Below are positions 11,275 to 23,205 of a stretch of DNA of 64,000 bases, piece by piece; position 1 is the stretch's first letter, and each line of letters opens with the position of its first letter. Under the pieces are notes generated by a model. That model saw nothing but the letters and a program-made list of their open reading frames with translations, was not told where the DNA came from and made no database searches. Position numbers and translations under genes: made by a program. This stretch comes from Octopus bimaculoides. Its lineage: Eukaryota. Location: the NCBI RefSeq assembly GCF_001194135.2, contig NC_068985.1, positions 44,346,971-44,410,970 on the forward strand. The letters run 5' to 3'.

Positions 11275-11466
11275 CTAGAAAAGTGAGAGGGAGAGGGAGG
11301 TGAGATATACATTGAGAGAGAGTAATGGAGAGAAGAAGAGAGGGTGATCGACAATGGGAGAAATACAGAGAATGAGAGAGAGTGAGAAGGAGATATAGAG
11401 AATGTGAATGACAATGAGAGAAATTGAGAAAGACAGAAAGTGAGTGAAGAAGTTAAAGGGAGAGAA

Positions 11467-11500
<34 letters not shown>

Positions 11501-11849
11501 GGAGAGAGAGAGTTAGAGAAACAAATATAGATATATACGGCATAAGAGTTATTAAAGATTTAACACAGAGAAGTAGTAAAAATAATTACATATTAAAATA
11601 ACACTTAAATTATTATATCTCAAAATAAACTATTCATGTATAAAGAGGGCAGATTGGCAAACAAATTGCTTTGTGGTATTTATTCTGGGTCTTAACATTA
11701 TGAGTTCAAATCCTGCTAAGGCTAATTTTGACTTACATCCTTTGTGGTCGATAAAAAAATGTTGCTGTCATGTACTAGAGTTGAATTAATCAAGTTATCT
11801 CGTCAAAATTCTTTGTATGGGCCTCTTTTAGAATCAATATTTATGTAGA

Positions 11850-12632
11850 AGAATAGCCATCTGTGTATCATACCTTATGTACATAGATTGATAAAATCTC
11901 CTACAGATATGCTGTGTTAAAAACACAATATATATTACAGGGCGATAAAAAAAATTGTGCATCTGGTTAACAAGACCATCAAATGCATTTCAATCTTTTT
12001 GAGCTTTGTCAGTGATGTGTACTCATAACCACATACCTAAATGAGATCTGTCACCTCGATATAGGAAACAGTGAATAATACATTAATGATATTGCAAATA
12101 GCTGATGGGCTGAATAAAATATCCAGTGTAAGCAATTGAAGCTGCATTCAGTTAAAAATCCATTTACATATAAGGTATATAAACTATTGATAAGCAAGAT
12201 ACTGTGGTTTTCATCCTATAGATGTGCTGTGTTAAAAATACAATATATATGGAAAGGAGACAAAAGAACTATCCTGGCTGTGGCTAGCAAGAAACTCCAG
12301 ATAAATTTCAAACTTCTTAGGCCTTCTCCAATATGTAGAAAATAGTGAATATATTCAGATACTGTAAACAATTGATGCACTGAATAAAAAAAGAATCCAG
12401 TGTATGAAATTGAAGCCGCATTAAACTAAAACAGCCATCTATGTATCATATCTAATGCATGTGGTTGTGAGTATATGTCATTGGTAAGGCCCAAGAAAGC
12501 CAAAATACATCTGGCATTCTTGCTAGCTGCTGCTGGGAGATCTTTCATCTCCCTCTGATATATATTATGCTTTTAATACAGCACATCTAAAATGAAAACT
12601 GCAATATCTTACCTATCAATAAAGTATATACA
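11850..12632. repeat. Degenerate ~300-bp tandem repeat with a terminal inverted copy
   Basis: CCTA.AGAT.TGCTGTGTTAAAAA.ACAATATATAT near 11900 and 12215; 12503-12632 is the reverse complement of 12175-12308. Confidence 0.7.
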
Positions 12633-13377
12633 TTAAATATGATACATAGATGACTATTTTAATTTAATACTGTTTATGAAGTAGAATTGTGGGTTGACAC
12701 GATTTTTAGAATGGCTCATTTAGGGACAGTGATATGTACTCATGAAATGCAGTAGTAAGTCCAATCAACTGTAACCCTGATGTGTTGTTCTTATAAATCA
12801 ATATTTATGTCAAAACATCACACAAAACAATAGTAATATATAAATTAGGTAATAATTCATATCATCATCAATATCATAACCTAAAGACCAGGTTTCCCTT
12901 TCTGAGTCTATGACCATTACGTTTACCCACACTTGTTCACTTTTGATATTTCTTTTCTTTTTACAACTGCCTATGGCCCAAATGTATATCACATCATATC
13001 GTATATGTACAGATATCACCAGGTGTCCCAATATTTCTATCTTTATCAGTGTGTATATAAGCAAAAATTAAACTCTGAAGTCATCAATTATTAAAGTGGT
13101 ATTGCCATATTTTACTTATTTACCAATAACCCACAGTGAACACTTCCATGGCCCGCCTGGTGCTGGCTCTCTATCCTACACCAATGATTAGTAACTATAT
13201 TTTATGCAATGGTCTACAATATTTCTATATTGCCTATGACCCACCTGATATCAATTAACTGAAACCAAAACAATCAATATCCAAACACAAATTTAATTCA
13301 AGCTGTAATAAAATAAACAAAAAGACCTTTTAGCCAGGTTTGAAGAATAAAATAATATCAATACTTGTTCCATATTA

Positions 13378-13765
13378 AGGTGGTGAGCTGATAGAATCAT
13401 TAGCATGTTGGGCAAAATGCCCAGTGGCATTTCATCTGTCCTTTATGATCTGAGTTCAAATGCCAACGGGGTCAACTTTACCTTTCATCCTTTCCGGGTC
13501 AATAAAATAAGTAGCAGTTGAGCACCAGAACTGATGCAATCGACTAGTCCCCTCCCCCAAAGTTTCAGGCCTTGTACCTTTAGTAGAAAGGATTATTATT
13601 ATTATTATTATTATCTGGGAAAAATGCCTTGCGGCATTTCATCCAGCTTTATGTTCTGAGTTCAGGGTTAATAAAATAAGCACCAATTAAGCACCAGGGT
13701 CGATCTAATTAACTTAACTTCTCGCACAAAATTGCTGGCCTTGTGCCAAAATTTGAAACTAATAT
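13378..13765 (+). mobile_element. Two tandem family D SINE copies
   Basis: AAGGTGGTGAGCTG head, CTGAGTTCAAAT B box, GGCCTTGT tail, separated by (TTA)n. Confidence 0.8.
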
Positions 13766-14133
13766 TCATCCCATCTTGTTCCTCAATGCTCTATGAAGCA
13801 GAAACACTCACACATGGGAAAACTCTTTACATACTTAGAATGGTTCAGCTGCCTCATACACATACACACGCACACATACATACTGAAAGACTATCTGACT
13901 ATTTGGTAAACCACTCACCATAATAATACATCCACTAAAAGAATAATGCTCAGTAACCTTCTTCTCCAACTCTGTAATCAATAATCCCAAATTCTCTGGA
14001 CAATCAAGCCATGTTATACTTCTGATTCCCCCAAAATCTCTACCAACCATTGACACCCATACCTAACCGCTCCTCTCTACAACTTCAGTCCTCCTGGAAA
14101 ACACACACATACACTCTCCACACAGACACATAT

Positions 14134-14361
14134 TTAACCCTTTAGCATTTAAACTGGCCATGTTCAGCCCAAATATTCTATCTGTTTTATGTTCAGGCTA
14201 GACAGATCTGGCCTCTCAAACTTACCCTACAGTGTTATTCCAAAAGTACACCATCACATCATCCAAATCTTAAAGCTTCAAGATAATTAAGAATAAATTT
14301 TAAAGAATGTGAATAAATAAGCAATACCTTTGACAAAGTATTCTAAATGCTAAAGGGTTAA
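14134..14361 (+). mobile_element. piggyBac-type MITE (~220 bp), copy 1
   Basis: TTAA on both sides; TIR CCCTTTAGCATTT / AAATGCTAAAGGG. Confidence 0.85.
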
Positions 14362-15189
14362 AGCTGGCTCACTGTCATCAATTATATGAGTAGAGTGAAC
14401 TGCAACTGGTAATAGAAACTATACTGTATACACAGCTCACCAGGGATTTATCCCTATTCTACATTAATAGCAAAAATAGAAAATTGTTCACTGGAACTGT
14501 ATTTCTGCTGCTGCTGCACAAAAAGTCGTATTGCTTAAGAAATATATGGTTTGTGGCAATATGACAATTATAAATCTATTGATTCAGCTGGCATTAATGT
14601 GGAGACAAAACTATCAAAATACATTAAAATTTAGAGAAAAAAAAAAAGACCCCAAAAAAATCCTCAAAAAAAAAAAAAAAAAAAAAAGAAAAAAAAATTC
14701 AGACTGGAATTTTATACAAAAAATAAATATTTCATACTAACAGGCTTCACTTGCATTTATCCTCTTTCTTTCTTTTCTATCTTCTATTTATTTTATTTAT
14801 TTACATTTTTTCTTACATTACTTGTTTTGTCAATTATCACTAATGCGGCTTCTGTTCTGAGTTTGCTCAGTAACTCCATGCTAAATCTGTGCTATATTGG
14901 CCAAACTGTCTACTTTGCAGAAACAACCCCAACGCCCACTGCCCCCTCGACAAAAGGAAAAAAAAGAAGAAAAACAGCTTTCTTTCTTTCTTTCTTTCAT
15001 AAGAGGAACTATAAATAAACAATAATGGTAGGAAAATGGTGAAATTGCGAGCATGTAGGATAGAATATCTTGCAGTATCAGTTCTAGCTTTCTGCGCTCT
15101 GAGTTCAAATCCCACCAAGATTAGATATTAACTTTTACTTTCATCCTTCTAATTTTGATAGATAAAGTACCTGTCATCTACTAGGGTAG

Positions 15190-15420
15190 AAGCATGTGGC
15201 CTAGTGGTTAGGGTGTTTGACTCATGATCATAAGATTGTGGTTTCAATTCCTGGACTGGGTGATGCGTTGCGTTCTTGAGCAAAACACTTCATTTCATGT
15301 TACTCCAGTCCACTTAGCTGGTAAAAATGAGTAATCCTGTGATGGACCAGAGCTTCCTCCAGGCGGGGAATATATATGCCATGGAATTTGGGAAACTGGC
15401 CCCTCTAAGTCTATAGAACT
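15190..15420 (+). mobile_element. tRNA-derived SINE, family G variant, directly after a family D copy (15030-15190)
   Basis: TGGCCTAGTGGTTAGG A box, GGTTTCAATTCC B box, TTGAGCAAAACACTTCATTTCA core. Confidence 0.7.
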
Positions 15421-15660
15421 TGGGAAGGAAGGAACAACATCTACCATGATCCCTTTGTCTGTCCATATGTCTGTCTCTCAGAATTGGTCATGTCATGCTG
15501 TGCTGCAAGAACTTTTGTAAACTCAGTGCAACACAAGAACTATCTCATAGTATCTCTTTCTCATGACCTGGAGAAGCTGATACATAAATATGAATGACCT
15601 GTAGGAATACCATATGCAACCATAATATACTTGTTGTTTATATTAGGCATACCCAGATAC

Positions 15661-16044
15661 AGTGGAGGCGCAATGGCCCAGTGGTTAGGGCAGCGGACTC
15701 GCGATCATAGGATCGCGGTTTCAATTCCCAGACCGGGCGTTGTGAGTGTTTATTGAGCGAAAACACCTAAAGCTCCATGAGGCTCCGGCAGGGGATGGTG
15801 GCGAGCCCTGCCGTACTCTTTGACCACAACTTTCTCTCACTCTTTCTTCCTGTTTCTGTTGTGCCTGTAATTCAAAGGGTCGGCCTTGTCACACTGTGTC
15901 ACGCTGAATATCCCCCGAGAACTACGTTAAGGGTACACGTGTCTGTGGAGTGCTCAGCCACTTGCACGTTAATTTCACAAGCAGGCTGTTCCGTTGATCG
16001 GATCAACTGGAACCCTTGACGTTGTAAGTGACGGAGGGCCAACA
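15661..16044 (+). mobile_element. tRNA-derived SINE, family B, full length
   Basis: About 25 differences from the 4004-4392 copy over ~385 nt by hand count; 10-bp TSD ACCCAGATAC at 15651-15660 and 16045-16054. Confidence 0.9.
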
Positions 16045-17609
16045 ACCCAGATACGAAACATTGCAACCAAATCAGTGCTGGATATAATTTCTACAGAAAA
16101 TCTGTAGAAATAACCTTAACAAGTGACCTGGAAAAGGGTAAACACTTCTCTTACTATGTGAACCAATGTATAGTATGGTATGGAATAGAAATAAAGAATT
16201 TTATGTTCTGGGTTGTTGTTTTTTATCTGAAAGCGTAAGTCATCATTTCAGTGTCTACTTTCTTATGCTTGCATAGGAGGAACAGAATTCATTGCGGCAG
16301 ATTTTCTGTGGTTAGATGCTCATTCTGTTGCCAACCCTCACCTGCTTCTAAGAATGACCTTATTCTTATTCCCCCATGGTCAGATATATTTTTGTGGAAG
16401 AATGGAAATGAATGACACTGCTTTTACAAGTATCAAGAATGGAAATGGTGACACTCTTTTACAAGTATCAAGCAATGTCAAAACAAAGACAAAGACAAAG
16501 ACACACACACACACATACACACAGAGTCAAAATGCTTCTTTCAGTTTCTGCCAACCAAATAAATTTTTAAGGTTTTGACTGGCCCAGTAGAAAACATTTT
16601 CCTAAGGTGTCATCCAGTGTGACTGAAATCCAAACCATATGGTTGGGAAACAAAGTTTTTAACCACACAGCCAAGCCTGTGCTTAAAAGAAAAATATAAA
16701 AGTGATATTGTCATATTTCATTGATTAACAACTCGTTGGTAGTCAGTACTGTATCACTGATCCATTTAACTACTACTACTACTACTACTTCTATCACTGT
16801 TATCCTCTCTAGTATTGGCACCACAATAGAATACACACAGTTTACCGTTAAATGCGAATACAGGAGGTCCTCTTAATCTTAATGAGGACATGACAACTTC
16901 TCCAGTGCTGGTGCTATGATAAAATACACATAGTACAGTCTGTAAACTGTTTGGTATTAAGAAATCAAGTGAAATATTAAACTTATCAGTGATATATGGT
17001 TTTTCATCCCATTTAGATGTGCAGTAATGGGCATCTGAGCTATGCCAGCAATAGAAAGTGGATGTAAATGATGATGATGAAGATGATGAGATAATGTTGA
17101 TGATGATATTGAGAGGGATTCAGAAAATAATTGTCATCTGAATGAATGAAGTTAATGAATTAAAATAATTGTTAGAAGACAGTGTAGAAGAAAATGTGTA
17201 TTGCTGGTAACGTAATACCAATTTCTGTAGAAATGGTCAAGTGACTTGGCAGATGTGACAAGAAGGTGGTGGATTTCAGTTTGGAATATATTATAGTTTG
17301 GAATATATTCATAAAAATTCCTTGTAATGCATGGTACCTTAACACAGATAATTAAATATTTACTTTCACAAACAAACACTGAATTCTGTCAGCTTTTTCA
17401 GAAAAAATGGTTTGAAATATGTTGCCTATGACAGAATACAGTAATTCTCTTTCTTGTAGCCATGACAACGAAGTGCAATGCATTTAATATTGATTAATGA
17501 TCGGAGAAAAGATAATGTTCTAAGTTAATTTGATCAGCAAGATGGGATGGTGGCTCAATTGTAGTATATTTGGGTAGAGACCGTAGTGTTTAACACAGAA
17601 ATACTAGCA

Positions 17610-18010
17610 ATGCTGAATAAGGGAGAGTCTATGTGGTCAGTTGATTTGCAAGATATAGCAGCCAAAGCTTCCTTAATTCTACCCTTTAAGAAAATAGAAA
17701 GGACTTGCCAAATAATGTAGTCCTAAAAAGATAGGATAGTCAGGGCTAGAATGTCTCTAATCATAGATCTGCTTAATCAGGGTTGACCTGGGTTACAGAA
17801 CAATGACAAGGGAGTCACATAGCAGTCACATGTTCTGCTGGGAATACTAACTAAATTACTTTCAAAGCTCATTCACTGACTAAAGGAAGGACATATTTGA
17901 TAATGAGGTCCTAGATACACTAATAACTGAAACAAAGATGGAAGTGGTTTTTATATGGCAACAGGTGTCATATACCATAAGTTCACTTGACAAAGACTTA
18001 TTAGGGCTCA
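17610..18010 (+). repeat. Two tandem degenerate copies of an unclassified dispersed repeat; similar blocks near 24150, 47720 (-), 50800 (-), 54100, 55480
   Basis: Recurring TTG.C.TGCTAGAAATAGCAG.CAAAT and GATAATG..GTCCTAGATACAC motifs. Confidence 0.5.
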
Positions 18011-19145
18011 CTGACAAGTAGATGATATATGGAAGTAAAATTGGTTAAAATGATAAGAATTAGCAATGATAGTTGCACTTAAGAATTTTGTTTCTTATTT
18101 CAGATCAGCAAACACTTAGATGAAAGAGACAGACAACAAACTTCTTATCCATAACTAACATAGCATCCTGCGAAAATTTACATATATCTCTAAAACAATT
18201 TATTTAGCCATTGATGATTATTTGTTGAAATTTCTGAGAGAAATCATTGTGATCATTTTTACTTTCTGAACCATTTATACTTATTTATTGCCTTTTTTGC
18301 TTCTGTTGTAGTGATTCATAATTCAGCAGATAATATCTTAGTAGTTAAGTGTTTCTTATTAATCTTATTAGCCAATCAGGGATGAGTAATCTATCAACCA
18401 TTTTGGCTATATAAACTATAACCATGTTAAAGGCTAGAAATAGAAACTAAACACTCTTACATGTGAGAAACAGTTTAGCCTTCTGCTAAATATTCCATGT
18501 TTTTTGTATGGGGTATGTGTGATGCACTCTTTGCATTTGTTTAATTCATACAGACATGAAGTTATAACATCAACTATATGCTGGGTCACTGAGTACTCTC
18601 AGTGATTAAATATTTTGCTTAAATGAACTAAGATTGTACCGACCAGGTATATGTCCACCTGGCATGTATTTGACTCTTGTACCACAGTTAACCACAACTA
18701 TCATCAAATCCTAGATGACATGTAACCACATATTAGTGTACTTGTTTGGGCTAAAAAACAGGAACAAAGTAATCTTCTGTTTGAGAGACAAAGTTTAGCC
18801 TCGTTTTAGAAAGAACATCTTATCGAAGAACTTCCTGTTTACACCATATTTGTTTATTTTGTGGTTTAGTGAGTGGTTTTCTCATGATGTTTTTGTTTTC
18901 TTCCTGTGCTTTTCAAGCATTATGGCAAGTAATACTTCAAGGAGTGAGTTAGAATTCAGTGATACTATTTATTAATGACTTAATTAGTGAAAGAGAGTGT
19001 GGAATTGGAGAAAAAAAAAAAAACCCCACAGTGAATGTTTCAGTGCCATCAGTACACCAGCATGTAATTTATATTGGAACTTATTGATTCAGAGCAGGAG
19101 TGGAATGATCACATTGTTAATCATTGAACTGATGCTTGCATTAGT

Positions 19146-19613
19146 GATGTGGGCCCTAAAACACCTTTGAACTTAGAAGTAAAACCTGTTGAATATTTTC
19201 TTCAAAATTTCCCTGAAAACGTTTTGCCAGGATAAACAATGAAACCAGTGTTTTTGTAATCAATTTGAAAATCCAATGCAGCGAAAAGTGCTTTACAGTG
19301 GAATCCGGATGGATATAGAAAGAGGGGTAGGCTTAAGAACTCGTGGCGTAGATCAACACAAAAGGAACTAGAGAAAGGGGGACATTCATGGCAGAGTATA
19401 AGTACAGAAGCGAAAAATTATGCGACACGGAATTCCATTATAAGTGGCCTATACTCCGCGTCGGAGGGTTAAAGGGAAGAAAGAAACAATGAAACCACAG
19501 GGTGTGTGTGTCAACCAGGCAATTCCATCTTTATTACATCAATACAGGAGATGAAAGTGCGTCTCAGAATTCTTCTTTTAATGATAATGGTACAGTTTCT
19601 AAGTTATAGAGAC
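19146..19613 (+). pseudogene. piggyBac transposase N-terminal fragment, interrupted by an RTE insertion
   Basis: GPKTPLNLEVKPVEYFLQNFPEN, a frameshift, then (insertion removed) RINNETTGCVCQPGNSIFITSIQEMKVRLRILLLMIMVQFLSYRD, resembling the piggyBac P.DYF..FF / I..ETN.YA / EMK.FLG..LLMG...LPSY.DYW motifs. Confidence 0.65.
19248..19483 (+). mobile_element. 5'-truncated RTE-clade LINE insertion
   Basis: Open frame AKSALQWNPDGYRKRGRLKNSWRRSTQKELEKGGHSWQSISTEAKN...GLYSASEG* (RTE RT C-terminus); 14-bp TSD AAACAATGAAACCA at 19234-19247 and 19484-19497. Confidence 0.85.
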
Positions 19614-20431
19614 AGAGGAACACAAATTCAGCTTTGAGACAGGAAATCAATACCCAGGAAACCACATCTTCTAAATATATGTGAAAACATCTGTGTAATC
19701 AACTTAACTGTATTCAATCTACCTAAGCAATCAAGTGACATGACAACAGTAAAAACAGCATTTGCAATATTCATCAAAAATCATTACATCCTAATTGATG
19801 TAATAGATATATTTTTATGATTTTTCTACTAAACTAACTGTATTTCATCAAAATCTCTAGTTTCTAAAAGGATTATGAGATTTACATAGAAAAAGCACTA
19901 CAGAAATTTAAGAGTTTAGCTTCCCGTCATACTATATTCCTCCAGTAGATCTCGAAGTATATTTCACGGCAGTTATAAATTTTTGATAATATAGAATGTC
20001 ATCACTTTACTCTTTGATCCATTCAAAGTTAATTTATACACCAGCTATTTGAAATGTAAGCATCTACTACATATTGTGTGGATAAATTAGTAACTGTCTT
20101 TAGTTCAACAGCAGCTGAAGAAGTGAAGAGTCACTTGAACAGCAAGGTACCTGGCAAAGTATCTTTATTCTTTATACTTGATTCAGTCATTGGTTTGTGG
20201 CCATGCTGCAACAGCCATAAATATTTCATACTTTCTTTACATATTTGAGGTTCATTCTTCTAAGCCACAACACTAACCATCAGCTGGGTCATTGTGCACA
20301 CTTAGTTGAACTCAGACTATACTGCTGAGGTTCAAGTGTGCCTCACTTATATGTGTGTGTGTGCATACGTGTGTGTGTGTGTGTGTGTATGTGAGATCTT
20401 CATCAAAATCATCATCATTTAATGTCCTATC

Positions 20432-20723
20432 TTTCTTTTATCTTTTACTGGTTTCAGCCCATGGCTGAGGTCATGCTGGTGCACCACCTGTAGTTATTCG
20501 GTGTTGTTTCTGGTATTGTTGTTGGTGAAGTAGTGAGTTGGACAGAGCTTTCTTCTTTGTGTCTCCTGCTGCGATGTGGGTTCATCTGGTATCTCAGACA
20601 GAAACCTGTCCAGATGCTCTTTGAAAACTTCCACACCAACACCATGTAGATCCCTAAGGTTGCCTGGCAAGATGTTGAACACTTGCAGGCTCTTGAAACC
20701 CAGACTATTGCAGTACTGTGTCC
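20432..20723 (-). mobile_element. 3' end of a CR1/L2-group LINE
   Basis: QYCNSLGFKSLQVFNILPGNLRDLHGVGVEVFKEHLDRFLSEIPDEPT (the FN.LP...FK..LD.FL..PD.P motif), then 3' UTR and an A-rich tail. Confidence 0.8.
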
Positions 20724-21504
20724 TATATGTATGCATATATATATATATATATATATATAAATGTCTTTGTGTGTGTGTGTGTGTGCAAAAGTGTACCACT
20801 TGAACCTACCACATAGCAGAATACTGATCTAAATAAAGGATAAATATGTAAATAAAGAGAATAAGTTAATAGTGCAAACAATATTGGTCATTGTTGTAAT
20901 AACACGGTTAGCCAATAGTTTATGATTGGAGAGAGAGAGAGAGAGAGAGNNNNNNNNNNGGGGGGGGAGAGAGAGAGAGAGGTTGTAGCAAAACACACAC
21001 ACATACACACAATGTGGAGAATGAATGGATATGTGTGTGAATATGTGAGTGTGTGTGGAGAAAGAGATTATGAATGTATGAATGGTGGCAATATATACAA
21101 ACATGCAATGCATGTGAGAGGGTCGGTGTGTATGTATGTATGTATGAGTGCACATATAAGCAAGAAAGAGGGAGAAGACAATGAAAGGAAATGAATATTT
21201 ACAGCACACACACACACACACACATATAGAGTCTGTAAAGAGGAGGAAAAAGATAAGAGAATGACAGAGAAAGAGAGGAGAGGGGTAATGTTTGCAGTGG
21301 TGAGTGAAAATATAAGAGAGAGTAAGATATAGTCTACATACACATACATACAGAAACAGACATTGAAACACGTTTAACACTTGCCTGCATACACACACAC
21401 ACACACGCTAACAGATTTTGAAATAACTGTAGGAGATGCATAAAGCACAGGACATCAATGTTTTCACACATATGCAAATATATGTGGCTATACACATGCA
21501 TATA

Positions 21505-21543
<39 letters not shown>

Positions 21544-21604
21544 CTGCACTGATTAACTTTGCCAAGACAAACAATTTCACAAGACATTTGTGATCATAGT
21601 AAGA

Positions 21605-21650
<46 letters not shown>

Positions 21651-22098
21651 AGTGTGTATGAGTATATGTTTTCAGAACAAAATGATAACCCTTATAATCT
21701 CCATCAAATGATAGAAATGTTTAGTAACAAAATAAACAGTGAGGTGCTGAGTTCAAGTCTCATAAACAACATATCTATCCATTTATGTATGCATCCATAG
21801 TTACCAATTCTTCTACACACTGTATTTACTCCACTAATTCCAGCCACCATTGAACTACAAATATTTGTCAAGTCGTCAACATTATTAAGTGGAAGCAGGT
21901 TATTAAGTTGAAGAACTTACTGATCAAACAAATTTACGGAACTGCTCAAATATTAATTAGGCTGATCAAATATCTTTTAATGAATAATGTAGAAACTGAA
22001 GGAGTTCACCAATTCAGTGTGTCATATATAATAGATTTCAGTTTTAAAGACAATGTTGCATGCATCATAGAGAGATGGATGTTGTGTTTTGTTACAAC

Positions 22099-22160
<62 letters not shown>

Positions 22161-22180
22161 CACTCGTTCCTTTGATCTCA

Positions 22181-22410
22181 TTCTTTTACTCTTTTATTTG
22201 TTTTAGTCATTCGACTGCGGCCATTCTGGAGCACTACATTAAGGGGTTTTAGTTGAACAAACCGACCCTAGGACTTATTCTTTGTGAGCTTAGTACTTAT
22301 TCTATCGGTTTCTTTTGCCGAACTGCTAAATTATGGGGACATAAACATACCGACATTGGTTGTCAAGTGATGGTGGGGGATACAGACACAAACACACAAA
22401 TATATACATA
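22181..22410 (-). mobile_element. Family A SINE, 3' half
   Basis: Reverse complement of the 32100-32279 body and tail. Confidence 0.8.
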
Positions 22411-22444
22411 CATACGCATATATACATACATATAAGTACATACT

Positions 22445-22490
<46 letters not shown>

Positions 22491-22932
22491 TATATGGGTA
22501 CAGGATGTCACAAAACGTAAACAATATGAAATATGAAGACAAACTTCTTTTTGCAAACAATGAGAGAAACAAACAGTTGCTCCCACAAACTAAAAGAAAA
22601 AAAAACAAAAAAAACAGGACAGTGAAACAAATAGTGAGGGCTGTTAAGACAGACAGGGTAAGGTGGTGAACGCTGAGGAACATTCTTTTGGATTTGCAGG
22701 AGGAAGTGTTTTCTCGAAGATACATATTGTCGTGAATTGCTCAAAATGTGGAGTAGATAAGCAGCTGACAGCTGATGAAGGGTCGTTCTTTATGTTACTT
22801 GTCTTGTTTTCCATTTGCAACGTGAAATAAAGTGTCTTGCTCAGGGACACAAGGCACCGCTGGGGATTGAACTCATGACCTTATAATTGTGAGCCAAATA
22901 CCCTAACCACAAACCCACATGCCTTCATAAAT

Positions 22933-23205
22933 CTTATACTAAACTAGTTTGACAAAAAAAAAACATGTTTCATCACAGTTGTCACACTCTGTCCTACATT
23001 AAACTGGTTTTACAAAGGCTACATGTATTATCACAAATTTTCTCCTCAGTCCTGTACTAAACAAGTTTTACAAAGCCCAAGCTACATGTGTCATCACAAC
23101 TGTATGTCACTCAGTCCTATACTAAATTGGTTTGATAAAGACCACACAATGTGTTATCTCAGATGTGTATTCTTCACTTGTATAGTTTTGTACTAAAATA
23201 GTTTA
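22933..23205 (+). repeat. Degenerate ~60-bp minisatellite, 4-5 units
   Basis: Repeating CT.TACTAAAC..GTTT.ACAAA...CATGT.TCATCACA...CTCAGTC. Confidence 0.7.

Noticed and set aside
13110-13185. GPWK on the minus strand resembling SelJ GPWR
   Set aside because: Flanks do not match, a stop follows within 9 codons, no suitable splice sites.
16087-16111. Perfect 11-bp hairpin ATTTCTACAGA-AAA-TCTGTAGAAAT, reminiscent of a Cas12a repeat
   Set aside because: Single copy, no spacers, no cas genes, eukaryotic context. No CRISPR array exists in the window.
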